DNA from: Candidatus Doudnabacteria bacterium
GTDB lineage: Bacteria > Patescibacteriota > Doudnabacteria > UBA920
Direction of reading: 5' to 3'
Assembly: GCA_003151625.1 (NCBI GenBank)
Contig: PLYC01000007.1
Span: 2,929-66,928, forward strand
DNA: 64,000 nucleotides
How positions within the stretch are numbered: the stretch's first letter is position 1; each line of letters starts with the position of its first letter. Position numbers and translations under genes: made by a program. A model generated the notes under the pieces. It was not told the DNA's origin. It did no database searches and worked only from the letters and a program-made list of their open reading frames with translations. Below are positions 37,915-49,090 of the stretch, one piece after another.

Positions 37915-38772
37915 ATGAAGAAAATTCTCGGGGTAATTATTATATTAATTTTGGCTGTAGCCACCTGGCACTACCGTTTTTTCGAGCAGAAATTTATCCA
38001 AAAACTACCGGAGCTAGCCAAGGCGCCTTCTGTGGCTAATATTGTCCAGGATATTTCCACGCCGCCGCCTTTGGTTGGACAAAGGAATAATCCAAACTCC
38101 AGCTTAACTAGAGCCGGCGTAATTACATGGACGAATACTAACCGTGAACAAAACGGCGACCTTTTGCCGCTCACGGAAAATTCACAACTGGACAAGGCGG
38201 CGCAATTAAAGCTGGCTGATATGTTTAAACAACAGTATTTTGAACATATAAATCCGCAGGGAGTTGGGCCGGCCGATTTGGCCAAACAGGCCGGATATAA
38301 TTTTATTTCTGAAGGAGAAAATTTAGCGTTGGGAAATTTTACCGACGACCAAGATCTTCTCACAGCCTGGATGAACAGCCCCGGCCACAGAGCCAACATT
38401 TTAAACGTTAAATACCAGGAAATTGGCGTGGCCGTTGGTCAGGGTCTGTATGAAGGGCATAAAACTTGGCTGGCGGTTCAGGAATTCGGCAAACCGGCCA
38501 GCAGTTGCCCAACCATAGATTTAAATTTAAAAGCGCAGGTCAATAGCTTGCAGGCGGATGTGAATAAATTAAGCCCCCAACTGGCTTCGTTAAAAAGTCA
38601 GATAGATTCCGCTTCCCCCAGAACCCAAAGCGATTATAACTCTTATAACCAAATTGTCGCTCAGTACAACAGTATGGTGGGAATTTACAACAATAAAGTG
38701 GATATTCTAAAATTAGTCACCGGCCAATATAACAGCGAGGTTAAGGCGTACAATGCGTGCCTGGGTAGTTAG
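37915..38772 (+). CDS. CAP (SCP/PR-1) domain protein with coiled-coil tail
   Basis: L.KAAQ.K..DM...YFEH, GENLA.G, WMNSPGHRANIL. Confidence 0.92.
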   Translation: MKKILGVIIILILAVATWHYRFFEQKFIQKLPELAKAPSVANIVQDISTPPPLVGQRNNPNSSLTRAGVITWTNTNREQNGDLLPLTENSQLDKAAQLKLADMFKQQYFEHINPQGVGPADLAKQAGYNFISEGENLALGNFTDDQDLLTAWMNSPGHRANILNVKYQEIGVAVGQGLYEGHKTWLAVQEFGKPASSCPTIDLNLKAQVNSLQADVNKLSPQLASLKSQIDSASPRTQSDYNSYNQIVAQYNSMVGIYNNKVDILKLVTGQYNSEVKAYNACLGS

Positions 38773-38918
38773 CTTCGCGTGTAACCATTCCAAAATTTAG
38801 TCTGAAATAAATAATCAGCGTAAAAATTTACTCCATACTTAATACGAGATTCTGGGATGGTATTTGTCTTTGGAATAGGTTATAATTAATTAGCTTGAAT
38901 TACAATTAAATTAAATTT

Positions 38919-39200
38919 ATGGGATTAATGGATAAGTTAAAAGACATAAACGAAATGCGCAAGCAGGCCAAACATATGGAAAGCCTGCTGGCCACAGAAA
39001 TAGTAAGCGGAAAATCTTCCGGTGGGAAAATTATTTTAACTATGGACGGCAACCAAAACATAAAGAGCGTGGAAGTTTCCCCGGATATTGTGGGTGATAA
39101 AAGTGAAATAGGCAGACACATTCGTTCGGCCATGGAAGATTTATTTAAACATCATAAAAAGATGCTGCAGGGAAAATTTGGGAACATGCTTCAGGGATAG
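38919..39200 (+). CDS. ybaB: YbaB/EbfC nucleoid-associated protein
   Basis: MRKQAK.M...L....V.G.S.GG.I.L.MDGNQ.I.SVEV. Confidence 0.75.
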   Translation: MGLMDKLKDINEMRKQAKHMESLLATEIVSGKSSGGKIILTMDGNQNIKSVEVSPDIVGDKSEIGRHIRSAMEDLFKHHKKMLQGKFGNMLQG

Positions 39201-39267
39201 GAATTAGGAAGTATGAATTAGGAAGTAAGACTAAAATCATAATTCTTGATTCATAATTTAAACACAA

Positions 39268-40194
39268 ATGTTAAATAAATACGTAGCTACAATTATTATC
39301 AGCGGCTTGCTAATAGCGCCTAGTTTCGCTATGGCTCTTAACATGCCCACCAGCGGCAACGATTTGGCCAATATGCAAGGTGTAAGCGCGCAGGCATATA
39401 TAGTGCAGGACGCGACTACCGGGCAGGTGCTCATAGATAAAAATGCCGATATGCCCTGGACGCCAGCATCGCTAACTAAATTAGTTACGGCTTTGGTGGT
39501 GCTAGACACCAAACCCAAACTCACTAAAACGGTTGCCATAACAAACCAGGATCAAACGCTTGGCGCCTGCACTTCCGGCGGCGCCTGCATAAAGGCCAAG
39601 GTCGGCGTAAAATTTACTGTAGACGGGCTGTTCCATGCCGCCCTGCTACCTTCGGCCAATAACGCAGCCAGCGCACTGGCCAGAAGCACCGGACTTTCTA
39701 TGGATCAATTCGTCGCCAAAATGAATCAAAAAGCCGCCTCATTAGGTGCTGTCGGGACTCATTTTAACGAACCCACTGGCATGGATCCGGACAATAAAAT
39801 CACCGCGGCCGATTACGCTAAAATTGTTACTGCGGCCTTTTCTAACGCTTATTTAAGGGCAATTGCAGGACTAAACAATTACTCGTTGCGTTCCACTAAT
39901 AATTCAAGGTATAATCAAACTATTAAAAATACAGACAAACTGTTAACCGATGCCGATGTGGAAATTTTAGGAGCCAAAACCGGCTATTTAACGGAATCCA
40001 AATATAATTTTGCCTCGCTTATAAAATACAACGGCCAGGAATTAGCGGTGGTGGTTTTGGGGGAAGACCATTTATACACAGCCTTCGGTGAAACCAAACT
40101 GTTAACAGATTTGGCCGGACAAGCACAATTGCTGGCTTTGGTTAATTGGGGACCAATGGTTTTGGGAACGAGTACGGTGGCGAGCGCAAATTAA
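39268..40194 (+). CDS. D-alanyl-D-alanine carboxypeptidase/endopeptidase (peptidase S11)
   Basis: PASLTKL (SxxK), SANN (SxN), F.EPTGM, AKTGY. Confidence 0.92.
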   Translation: MLNKYVATIIISGLLIAPSFAMALNMPTSGNDLANMQGVSAQAYIVQDATTGQVLIDKNADMPWTPASLTKLVTALVVLDTKPKLTKTVAITNQDQTLGACTSGGACIKAKVGVKFTVDGLFHAALLPSANNAASALARSTGLSMDQFVAKMNQKAASLGAVGTHFNEPTGMDPDNKITAADYAKIVTAAFSNAYLRAIAGLNNYSLRSTNNSRYNQTIKNTDKLLTDADVEILGAKTGYLTESKYNFASLIKYNGQELAVVVLGEDHLYTAFGETKLLTDLAGQAQLLALVNWGPMVLGTSTVASAN

Positions 40195-40253
40195 ATTAGG
40201 TTAATAAGAATAATTAGATTTTTTTCGCCAAAATAATTAATAATAATTTCAAA

Positions 40254-40937
40254 ATGAAGAAAATTATCACCATCATAATAGTTGTACTAGTAGTCTTGGG
40301 CTTGGGTTATTATTTGTTTAAAATCTCCCCGGATCAGACCCAGCAATCCACATCCACAGCGTACAACGCCGCAATTAACACCTCATCTATTAAAGCAATC
40401 TCTTCCCCCCCGGATTTTGACCCAAGTATAGATAACTACCAAGGCGACGCCAAAGCCAAGAATGTATTTATTGAATACGCCGACTACGAATGTCCAGCCT
40501 GCGCTTCTTACAGCGATATGCTTAAACAAGTACCCACCACGTTTAAAAATACGGTTTTTGTGTTTCGCTATTTTCCTTTAACCCAAATTCACCCAAACTC
40601 CGTGGAATCCGCGCTGGCCGCCGAGGCCGCCGGAGCGCAGGGCAAGTATTGGGAAATGCACGACCTGTTGTTTAAAAATCAGGTTGATTGGCAAAGCTTG
40701 GGCGACCCAATCGATGTTTTTGTGCAGTATGCACAAACAGTCGGCGTCTCCAACATAAACCAATTTAAAAGCGACATAACTAGCAAAAAATATCTATCGA
40801 AAATTCAAACCGACAGCGATCAGGCTCTGGGTCTCAATTTGTCCGGCACACCAAGTTTTCTTTTTAACGGACACACTTTACAAAATGCCGACATAGCCGG
40901 AATGGAAAAGCAGTCACAGGCGTTTTATATAAAATAA
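40254..40937 (+). CDS. DsbA family thioredoxin-fold protein
   Basis: EYADYECPAC, FRYFPL..IH, AAGAQGKYWEMHD.LF, GTPSF. Confidence 0.92.
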   Translation: MKKIITIIIVVLVVLGLGYYLFKISPDQTQQSTSTAYNAAINTSSIKAISSPPDFDPSIDNYQGDAKAKNVFIEYADYECPACASYSDMLKQVPTTFKNTVFVFRYFPLTQIHPNSVESALAAEAAGAQGKYWEMHDLLFKNQVDWQSLGDPIDVFVQYAQTVGVSNINQFKSDITSKKYLSKIQTDSDQALGLNLSGTPSFLFNGHTLQNADIAGMEKQSQAFYIK

Positions 40938-41102
40938 ATCTCTATGTGTCATCCCGGAATTTTTTACAGTTTAGTATATCATTAGTCATAAAAAATATCC
41001 GGGATCCAGGAATGAGCTTGTCACTGAACCCCGGATATTTTTCAGCCGATAATAATCTAGTAACTGAAAAATTCCGGGGTGGCAAGAAATCAATTAATTT
41101 TA

Positions 41103-41894
41103 ATGACTTATAAAAAATTCGCGACAGATTTAGCCAAGCAAGCCGGAGCAATAATCCGCAAAAACTTTAAGCACGGGATGCAGAAAGACTGGAAAAGCAA
41201 CGATACGCCGGTTACCGTTACCGACACCAAAATTAACAGCCTGGTAATTGCCGCGGTAAAAAAGAGGTTCCCGACCCACGATGTTTTGGGCGAGGAAGAA
41301 AGCAGCCGTACTAACAACAGCAAATATTTATGGGTTTGCGATCCGGTGGACGGTACTATCCCATTTTCGCACGGCATCCCGACTTGCGTGTTTTCCTTGG
41401 CTTTGGTTATTGACGGCCTGCCGATGCTTGGCGTAATTTTTGATCCGTTTATGAATCGTTTGATTTTTGCGGAAAAAGGCAAAGGCGCGTTTTTAAACGG
41501 CAAAAAAATCCATGTCAGCAACCATGGGATTAAAAATTCGGTGCTGGATTGGGAATCGCCGAGCCTAATGACGAAGCTTGTCGAAACATACAAAAATTGC
41601 CTGCCTGTGAAATTAAATAGTTATATTTACGGCGGCATGCTGGTGGCCATGGGAGAGCTGGTTGCTTCAATGTACAGTTGGCATTTTGCCCACGACTGCG
41701 CTTCCCTGAAAATTATTATAGAAGAGGCCGGCGGCAAGGCAACAGACCTGCAAGGCAATGACCAAAGGTACGACGGTAAAGTCAAAGGCATGCTGATAAG
41801 TAACGGCGTTGTCCATAATCAGCTAATTAAAATTGCAAAGACGCATAGGAGTCTTTTTTTCGGCAAAACGGGAAACGGCGAGTTTCAATTTTAA
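41103..41894 (+). CDS. Inositol monophosphatase family protein
   Basis: PVT..D, GEE, WVCDPVDGT, HD.A. Confidence 0.9.
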   Translation: MTYKKFATDLAKQAGAIIRKNFKHGMQKDWKSNDTPVTVTDTKINSLVIAAVKKRFPTHDVLGEEESSRTNNSKYLWVCDPVDGTIPFSHGIPTCVFSLALVIDGLPMLGVIFDPFMNRLIFAEKGKGAFLNGKKIHVSNHGIKNSVLDWESPSLMTKLVETYKNCLPVKLNSYIYGGMLVAMGELVASMYSWHFAHDCASLKIIIEEAGGKATDLQGNDQRYDGKVKGMLISNGVVHNQLIKIAKTHRSLFFGKTGNGEFQF

Positions 41895-42020
41895 ATTAAA
41901 AATAATTTTAAAGGGATTTACCGCAGTTTGTAAATAAAAAAATGCACCCCACGCCTCAACTCTCTCCTATAGAGCGATGGCGTGGGGTTTTTGGTTGGAC
42001 GGGGAGGGTCGGGAAGCGTC

Positions 42021-42515
42021 CTACTTCTTGATAGAGTAAGCGGGCGGAGAGGTGTAAGCAACCCCTTTTTTTCGCAGCAGCTTTTTGTATTCTTCAAAGA
42101 GCTGCTTTCCGTTCTTGTCTTCGATTGAGAGAAATTTCGTTTTGGAGAACTCCCTCCGAAGAGCCGCCGCCTGTTCCTTGTTTTCGGTCCAGCCGAAGGT
42201 TTCGACGCTGCCGTCGTCCTTCAAGCCGAACCGTGAAATGGCGGACAGATGCTCGCCGCCATCACGAGAGTAATACTCGTTTCGAGGCAAGCCGGTAGAT
42301 GTTAGAACGACCAGGAATTCCTGGGCGGCATAATCCGCCGGATTTTTCGTGATAGGAACGCCAGTATCAAGCCCGTCCCCACCTTTAGGGAGAGGGATGT
42401 CCTTGGTTACTCCAATAGGAACCTTGTCTCCGGGTACCGGCTGGACTTCCCCTTGGGCGAAGCCTGTTCCGATGAACGACAACGCGCCCACCGCGATGAG
42501 TACCGTCAATTTCAT
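42021..42515 (-). CDS. Secreted hypothetical protein in a GC-rich islet
   Basis: GGAGG RBS, signal peptide, own terminator at about 41947-41992. Confidence 0.7.
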   Translation of the reverse strand: MKLTVLIAVGALSFIGTGFAQGEVQPVPGDKVPIGVTKDIPLPKGGDGLDTGVPITKNPADYAAQEFLVVLTSTGLPRNEYYSRDGGEHLSAISRFGLKDDGSVETFGWTENKEQAAALRREFSKTKFLSIEDKNGKQLFEEYKKLLRKKGVAYTSPPAYSIKK

Positions 42516-42574
42516 AGTGACCTCCTGCGTTACATACTTTACATCTATAACGTTTTTATGTCAAAATGTGTGGT

Positions 42575-43849
42575 ATGGCAATAAAAGGAAAAAAAGTTTT
42601 AATAGCGCAAAACCCTCTCTCCCGCTCGGCAACCTCGCGGCACTCTCCCCCAACCGCCTTCGCCAAGGCTCCGGCGGTCAAGAAGGGGGAGAGGGAAAAG
42701 GTTCTAATCGCTCTATCCGGCGGAATAGATTCCGCGGTTTCGGCTTATCTGCTGGTAAAAAAAGGCTACCAAGTAGAAGCGGCTTTTATGAAGAATTGGT
42801 CTTCAACCGAAGGCCTTTTGAAAAACGAATGCCCGTGGCTGGTGGACAGGCAGGACGCTTTGCGTGTGGCCCCGTTTTTGCGCATTCCGCTGCACACTTT
42901 GGATTTTGAAAAGCAATACCAAAAAAACGTAATGGAATATTTTTTTAACGAATACAAAAAAGGCCGTACGCCCAACCCGGACGTAATGTGCAACAAGGAA
43001 ATTAAATTTAAACTATTGTATAACTGGGCAATGAAAAACGGGTTTGATTATTTAGCGACCGGACACTACGCACGAATAAAGTTTCAGACTAGCCAAAATC
43101 ACGGCCGTGATTTAAGCAAGTATACACTTTCGCGAAGTGCGGATGAATTTAAGGATCAGACTTACTTTATCTACAATATACAAACCGAGCAGCTCCCGCA
43201 TATTTTGTTTCCTATTGGCGGAATGAAAAAGACCGCGGTAAGAACGCTTGCCAGAGAGCTAAAACTGCCCAACGCGGAAAAAAAGGAAAGTATGGGCTTG
43301 TGCTTTGTAGGGAAGATAAGATTGAAGGATTTTTTGGAGCAGAGGTTAAAGCCAAAAGCGGGGCCGATTGTGTTTATGCAATCATCGATACCCTCATCTG
43401 TCGTTCAGATGCATTCACGACATCTTCCCCCAAAGGGGGAAGGGGGAGACACTGTCCTCGGTCAACATCAAGGCCTCTATAACTATACCATTGGCCAGCG
43501 ACAGGGGATAAAAGTCGGCGGGGGCGGCCCTTATTACGTGGTGAAAAAAGATTTAAAGACCAACACGTTGTATGTGACCAATAATCCCGATGATGAAAAT
43601 TTGCTGACCAGGGAAATCCAAATCCACAGCATAAATTGGATTAGCCCGGGCTACCAACTAAAAACCATAAACTATAAACTAACGGGCCGTTACCGCCACC
43701 AGGGCGAACTTGTACCGCTGACCATAAAGCAAATAAAAAAAGATCTCTACAGTGTTACGTTTGTCAAACCCCAAAAAGCTGTTGCCTCGGGACAAAGTTT
43801 GGTATTATATAAAGGTAAGGAATGCTTAGGCGGCGGAGTAATAGTATAA
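42575..43849 (+). CDS. mnmA: tRNA 2-thiouridylase MnmA, carrying several repeat-derived insertions
   Basis: SGGIDSAVSA, GRTPNPDVMCNKEIKF, ATGHYAR, KDQTYF, K.ESMGLCFVG, YTIGQRQG. Confidence 0.96.
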   Translation: MAIKGKKVLIAQNPLSRSATSRHSPPTAFAKAPAVKKGEREKVLIALSGGIDSAVSAYLLVKKGYQVEAAFMKNWSSTEGLLKNECPWLVDRQDALRVAPFLRIPLHTLDFEKQYQKNVMEYFFNEYKKGRTPNPDVMCNKEIKFKLLYNWAMKNGFDYLATGHYARIKFQTSQNHGRDLSKYTLSRSADEFKDQTYFIYNIQTEQLPHILFPIGGMKKTAVRTLARELKLPNAEKKESMGLCFVGKIRLKDFLEQRLKPKAGPIVFMQSSIPSSVVQMHSRHLPPKGEGGDTVLGQHQGLYNYTIGQRQGIKVGGGGPYYVVKKDLKTNTLYVTNNPDDENLLTREIQIHSINWISPGYQLKTINYKLTGRYRHQGELVPLTIKQIKKDLYSVTFVKPQKAVASGQSLVLYKGKECLGGGVIV

Positions 43850-44401
43850 TGACAAAAATGAGCAAAATTAATAAAATTGACAAAATTAACTTGGATAAAA
43901 TTCCATTCGGAAGTTTGGAAGCTTTTAATGTGCTTGTGGAAATTCCGGAGGGGAGCAATTTAAAGTATGAATTCGATGAAGCCTCGGGTGAAATGAAAGT
44001 GGATTTTGTATTTGAAAATTTCTCCTTCCCCTTTAGCTACGGTTTTATACCCGGAACTTTGGGAGGGGATGGTGACCATTTGGATGCGATTGTTTTATCT
44101 TCCGAGCCAATATCATCGGGGAGCGTAATTAAGTGCCGCGCGGTTGGCGTAATGGAAACAATAGATACCGGCGAGGTGGACAATAAACTTATTGTGGTTC
44201 CGGTGGCCGATGATCTGGCCAAGAAATATCAGGACATTTCTGATCTACCCGAAGACAGCTTAAAAAAATGGACAGATTTATATATATATGGAAATTGCCA
44301 GGCAGAAAAATAAAGTAAAGAAAAAATTTATCGAAGTCAAAGGCCTGAAAAACAAACAAGCAGCGTTGGAAGAAATAAAAAAATCTTTAATTACACCATA
44401 A
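43849..44401 (+). pseudogene. ppa: Soluble family I inorganic pyrophosphatase, frameshifted near the C-terminus at a (TA)5 tract
   Basis: VEIPEGS..KYE, YGFIP.TL..DGD.LD, D.K; a plausible tail (MEIARQK...IEVKGL..KQAALEEIKKS) continues in another frame after 44279-44289. Confidence 0.75.
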
Positions 44402-44525
44402 ATTTAATCTGGAAGAAGGGAACCTTCTCCCATCTTCGATAACGCAAAACGCTTATAGAGCGCATAGATTGACAAGGAAAACAGTTAGGATTATATTTAA
44501 GGGAGAAAATTAATTTTTATTTTTT

Positions 44526-44786
44526 ATGCCAACACCAATAGAGTTTAGTAAAGGCAGGGGAGATATGAAAGTGACCAAAGATATTTGGTTAAAAAAAATC
44601 GCTGATGGAAAAGACTTTGTTAGGACTGCAAATACCGCCGCCCAATTAAAATCTGAGAAAGATGCGTTGCTTGAGATTTATAGACAATATTACGATTTTT
44701 TGATGGAAACTAGTCAAAAACAAATTGCGGATGAATTGCTGCAGGAACATCCTGAAATAGAACAACACGAAACAGCTAATGCATAA
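44526..44786 (+). CDS. Hypothetical protein
   Basis: 86-aa ORF after a TTGACA promoter-like site; followed by a terminator. Confidence 0.55.
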   Translation: MPTPIEFSKGRGDMKVTKDIWLKKIADGKDFVRTANTAAQLKSEKDALLEIYRQYYDFLMETSQKQIADELLQEHPEIEQHETANA

Positions 44787-44935
44787 CGATTTTATAAAAA
44801 AGACCCTTGACAAAAGGGTCTTTTTTATGTTAATTTTTAGAGTCATCCTTACGCCAGTGAGGTGACTTTTGCCCAATGCATCGGACAAATGAAATAGACG
44901 ACTGGCAAACAAACCCACTTATAAGGAGGGGGTTT

Positions 44936-45736
44936 ATGCAACAACATAAGTTTTCTACGCTCACCATCGGTGCGATGGTGATTTTGGCCATGCTCTTGAC
45001 CGGTTGCGGTAAGGGCACGGATGTTGTCACCGGTCATCTGCCGGTGTCAGCTGCGCTTGCTCAAGTTCGGGAGGCAATCGTACCCCTACCGCCGGCCAAA
45101 CGGGCGGCGTACATGCAGCAGCATTTCCCTGATTTGGGTCAGCAGCTAGTCTGGTTCCTGCGGGAACACAACACGCTGCCGAACGGCGCCACCGTGCAGA
45201 ACGTTGAGTTCTTTGCCGGTTCCTTGGAGAAGGTGAAAGCCGAGGACGGCAACGGCGTGACCAACGAGGGGTTCTTCGAGAACCAACTCGTGGCGCGCGT
45301 CCACATCGTGGGGCAGCAAAAGCCGGTGGATGTCATCGTTTCTTGTCTTAATGGCGCGTTTAATCTGCCGGGTAATCTCGTACAGGCTGGCATGACACCG
45401 CTCGGAACCCAGACCCCGGTCGAAAGGTTCACCATTGCCAACGGCGAGGGAATTGTTCCCCATGTGGGGTACATCACCGCAGTAGAGCTTGCCCGAAAGC
45501 ACCACATTATGCTGTATCGTGGCAAGAAGCAGGATCCCGTCCATATCATCTCCTACGACGAGGCGCTGAAGGCGGACACCGACCAGACGCAGATTACTGC
45601 CGGGGTGAAGCCGGGCGACAAGTTTGACCTCATCGCTGGCGCGTATACTCCGGCGCCTAAGGCGGCGCCTCGCAAGCACCTGCGCGCTCCTGTTGGGAAG
45701 CGGGCGAAGGTGAAGCGGATCTCGTTTCGCCGCTAG
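44936..45736 (+). CDS. Putative lipoprotein in a GC-rich islet
   Basis: AAGGAGG RBS before ATG near 44936, LLTGC lipobox, basic tail, terminator at about 45769-45809. Confidence 0.7.
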   Translation: MQQHKFSTLTIGAMVILAMLLTGCGKGTDVVTGHLPVSAALAQVREAIVPLPPAKRAAYMQQHFPDLGQQLVWFLREHNTLPNGATVQNVEFFAGSLEKVKAEDGNGVTNEGFFENQLVARVHIVGQQKPVDVIVSCLNGAFNLPGNLVQAGMTPLGTQTPVERFTIANGEGIVPHVGYITAVELARKHHIMLYRGKKQDPVHIISYDEALKADTDQTQITAGVKPGDKFDLIAGAYTPAPKAAPRKHLRAPVGKRAKVKRISFRR

Positions 45737-45915
45737 TAGTGACCGAATACTATTGGGAGGCCACCCCCGGGCGATCACACAACACGTTGTGATCGCCTGA
45801 TTTTTTTTGCCAAAGAAAAATTTCGAGATGGTACAAAATAGAACCAGCCGATAAACCCGTCTCGACCGGCTCATCGAGCCGAGGTGGATCGGCGCGCTAC
45901 ATTTAATTAAATTAA

Positions 45916-45956
45916 AACAATGGGCACCATTGCGCAGCGCAATGGTGCCCATTGTT
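45916..45956. repeat. 41-bp palindrome, copy 1
   Basis: AACAATGGGCACCATTGCGC-A-GCGCAATGGTGCCCATTGTT; copy 2 at 56636-56676. Confidence 0.85.
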
Positions 45957-45970
45957 GGGTTTGCAGACCG

Positions 45971-48040
45971 TTACGGTTTCAGGAATTTTACTAGCAACAG
46001 CGCCACAATATTTATTATTTTTATCATCGGATTTATTGCCGGGCCCGCGGTGTCTTTGTACGGGTCGCCGACGGTGTCGCCGGTAACAGCGGCTTTGTGG
46101 GCATCGCTGCCTTTGCCCCCGTAGTTGCCTTCCTCAATATATTTTTTGGCATTGTCCCAGGCCGCGCCGCCCGTGGTCATGGAAATTCCCACAAATAATC
46201 CGGTCACTATACAACCAACTAAAAGTCCGGCTAAAGCCGCGGCTCCCAAAAACAATCCAACTAAAATCGGCACCACAACCGGAATTAAAGCCGGAATAAT
46301 CATTTCCTTAATGGCGGCTTTGGTGACAATATCTACAGCGCGCGAATAATCCGGTTTGGCCGTACCTTCCATAATCCCTTTAATTTCCCGGAACTGGCGG
46401 CGCACTTCTTCCACAACGGCTTTAGCCGCATTGCCGACTGCGGACATCGCGATTGATGCGAACAGGTAAGGCAAAAGTCCGCCAATAAGCAAGCCCACTA
46501 AAACTCTGCTGTTGGAAAGATCAAACACAGTGGAAATTCCGTTCTTAGCAAGTTCCTGGGTGTAAGCGGCAAACAAAACCATAGCGGCTAAACCGGCCGA
46601 GGCAATGGCGTATCCTTTGGTAACGGCCTTAGTGGTGTTTCCAACCGCGTCCAGCGGGTCGGTAACGTCGCGCACGCTCTGGTCGAGTCCGGCCATTTCG
46701 GCAATGCCGCCGGCGTTATCGGTAATCGGGCCAAAAGCGTCTATGGCCACCACAATTCCGGTTAACGACAACATGCTCATTACGGTCAGCGCGATTCCAT
46801 ACAAACCGGCCAAATGGAACGACAGCAAGATTGCGCAAACAATTACCAAAACCGGAGCGGCCGTGGACTGCATGCCAACCGCAATGCCCTTAATAATGTT
46901 GGTGCCGTGTCCGGTGGTTGAAGCCGCGGCAATATCCTTAACCGGGGAAAAAGATTTGGAAGTATAGTATTCGGTAATTATGGTTATAAGTCCGGTGACT
47001 GCCAATCCAATTAGCGCGCAGTAAAAAAGATTACTAACCGTATATGTGCCGTTGTCCGCCATAACTTTTTGCGTTATCGGCCAAAAAGCTATGGCGCTTA
47101 AAATTCCGGTAACCGCGAAACCTTTATACATCGCGCCTATAATATTTTTGGACTTGCCAAGCTTAACAAACCAGGTTCCGACAATAGTGGTAACAATGGA
47201 AACGGCGCCAATCATTAACGGATAAATTATGGCGTTTGTGTAGCCCGGAAAAAGCGCTGACCCCAGTAGAATTACCGCCACGGCGGAAACCACGTAAGTT
47301 TCAAATAAATCCGCGGCCATACCGGCGCAGTCTCCAACATTGTCGCCCACGTTGTCGGCAATAACGCCGGGGTTGCGCGGATCATCTTCCGGAATACCGG
47401 CCTCAACTTTGCCAACCATATCGGTTCCAACGTCTGCCCCTTTGGTAAATATCCCTCCGCCCAAACGGGCAAATACGGAAATTAAGGAAGCGCCAAAAGC
47501 CAGACCCGCCAAAGCGGAAAGATCAAAGTCTCCGCCGGCCGTGCATTGGTTGACGTCGCCAAGATTAATGCAGGGACCGCCGGCAGTTTTGGTAGCCATT
47601 AAAAACCCGGTCACAGCCAACAGACCGAGCCCGACTACAAATAAACCGGTTACTGAACCGCCTTCAAAAGCTAAAGACAATGCCGAACCCAGCCCTTTTT
47701 TAGCGGCTTCGGCTGTGCGCACGTTTGCCCTAACCGAAACATTCATCCCGACAAATCCGGCCACCGCGGAAAGTACCGCGCCTAAAACAAAACTTTCCAT
47801 AGTGTGCGCAGAAAAATGCGCCAACCACATTAAAATTAAAATTATCACGGCCACCAGCCCTACGGTTTTATATTGTCTGGACAAGTACGCTTTGGCGCCG
47901 TCCTGTATGGCGGCGGCAATTTCCAGCATTTTTCCGTGGCCGGCGGGCTGTTTGAGTATCTTAAAAATTAAAAACACGCCGTAAAGGAGGGCTAAAACCG
48001 CGGCTCCCAAGGCGTAAAACAAATACGTGGTCTCATTCAT
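45971..48040 (-). CDS. hppA: Membrane H+-translocating pyrophosphatase, K+-independent signature
   Basis: [37 protein letters not shown]; GNTTKA has the Lys determinant. Confidence 0.95.
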   Translation of the reverse strand: MNETTYLFYALGAAVLALLYGVFLIFKILKQPAGHGKMLEIAAAIQDGAKAYLSRQYKTVGLVAVIILILMWLAHFSAHTMESFVLGAVLSAVAGFVGMNVSVRANVRTAEAAKKGLGSALSLAFEGGSVTGLFVVGLGLLAVTGFLMATKTAGGPCINLGDVNQCTAGGDFDLSALAGLAFGASLISVFARLGGGIFTKGADVGTDMVGKVEAGIPEDDPRNPGVIADNVGDNVGDCAGMAADLFETYVVSAVAVILLGSALFPGYTNAIIYPLMIGAVSIVTTIVGTWFVKLGKSKNIIGAMYKGFAVTGILSAIAFWPITQKVMADNGTYTVSNLFYCALIGLAVTGLITIITEYYTSKSFSPVKDIAAASTTGHGTNIIKGIAVGMQSTAAPVLVIVCAILLSFHLAGLYGIALTVMSMLSLTGIVVAIDAFGPITDNAGGIAEMAGLDQSVRDVTDPLDAVGNTTKAVTKGYAIASAGLAAMVLFAAYTQELAKNGISTVFDLSNSRVLVGLLIGGLLPYLFASIAMSAVGNAAKAVVEEVRRQFREIKGIMEGTAKPDYSRAVDIVTKAAIKEMIIPALIPVVVPILVGLFLGAAALAGLLVGCIVTGLFVGISMTTGGAAWDNAKKYIEEGNYGGKGSDAHKAAVTGDTVGDPYKDTAGPAINPMIKIINIVALLLVKFLKP

Positions 48041-48292
48041 ATGGGGTGGTAAAAGTTAATAATATCTTGTATAATTATAGGGCAATTTTTTAAAAAGTCA
48101 AAGGGTGTAAAAAATCGAATTCGCCAATTAGACGGTATAGTCATCCGACGTGCCGTCCCGTCGAATGACAGGGGAGAATCAACGCGGGATAACGAATGTC
48201 GATATCCGGAGATTCGTAGTCATTCGCAGATTCGCCCGCCTCGCGTCGACGCGAGTCGAGGCGGGTTTCATTCGTAAATTCGATATATTTTT

Positions 48293-48466
48293 ATGTTCAA
48301 ATTCAACAACCCCAGAACTTACAGCCTGCTAACCGGAATTATTTTGTTCCTGGTCGGTTTTTGCGGTTTTGCGTTTCCAAATATTTTCAACCTTCCCGGC
48401 GGTTATTTATTTGCCAATCTTGTTTTGGGCTTTTGGGGGATTGTAGTGGGTATAAATAAAAAGTAA
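48293..48466 (+). CDS. Small two-TM membrane protein (57 aa, MFKFNNPRTYSLLTGIILF...)
   Basis: Clean hydrophobic ORF below the track cutoff; followed by a bidirectional terminator at about 48482-48517. Confidence 0.6.
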   Translation: MFKFNNPRTYSLLTGIILFLVGFCGFAFPNIFNLPGGYLFANLVLGFWGIVVGINKK

Positions 48467-48538
48467 TAAATAATAGATAAAAAATAAGACACCATTTGCA
48501 TGATGGTATCTTATTTTAAATTAGAACTAATATTAACT

Positions 48539-49090
48539 CTAAAACTTTACCGTGTGAACCAAAGCGCTAAAATCCGGAACCAGACTCATGGACATACCAA
48601 CATCAAAAGTATAGTAATTGTTGTTTGCTTCAATGCCGTAAAGAGCATCGTTTACATTTAAGGCTGTTTGTCCGTTTATAGTTTCGGTTTTGGTGGGTAG
48701 GCCATCCATTACATAAAATTCTTTGGGGTTTATGTAAATTTTAATATTATAATATTTTGACCCCGGGTCAATTTGTAAAACAATATAGCCGTTTTTGTTT
48801 ACAGCCGGTAAAACTTTCCAACCGGGCTTATATAAAAAACTCAAACCGTCTTTAGAATCGTTATAGGTTTTCCAACCCGAGGTGTCTACTGCCGGCGTAG
48901 TTGGGACAGGAGTTGGCGTCGGCGCGGTGTCGACATTTGTGATTTTTGTCTGGGTGTGTGTAACGCTGTTTGGTTTGACGGAAATATTTCCTGCTGAATT
49001 TGCCCAAAGTAACAAACACAGGTAAGTGCCCACAACTGCAAAGCAAAAAAGGGCAATAAAAGTTTTTGATTGTGCGGAAATTTTTGGCAT
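48539..49090 (-). CDS. Membrane-anchored protein with a PsbP-like domain
   Basis: TM segment, P/T linker, DTSGWKTY.D...G.SF.Y..GW motif. Confidence 0.7.
   Translation of the reverse strand: MPKISAQSKTFIALFCFAVVGTYLCLLLWANSAGNISVKPNSVTHTQTKITNVDTAPTPTPVPTTPAVDTSGWKTYNDSKDGLSFLYKPGWKVLPAVNKNGYIVLQIDPGSKYYNIKIYINPKEFYVMDGLPTKTETINGQTALNVNDALYGIEANNNYYTFDVGMSMSLVPDFSALVHTVKF

Noticed and set aside
45930-47984. Long + strand ORFs antisense to hppA, and similar shadow ORFs over ileS, pcrA and rsmA
   Set aside because: They overlap well-supported genes and lack motifs or RBSs; a codon-bias artefact.
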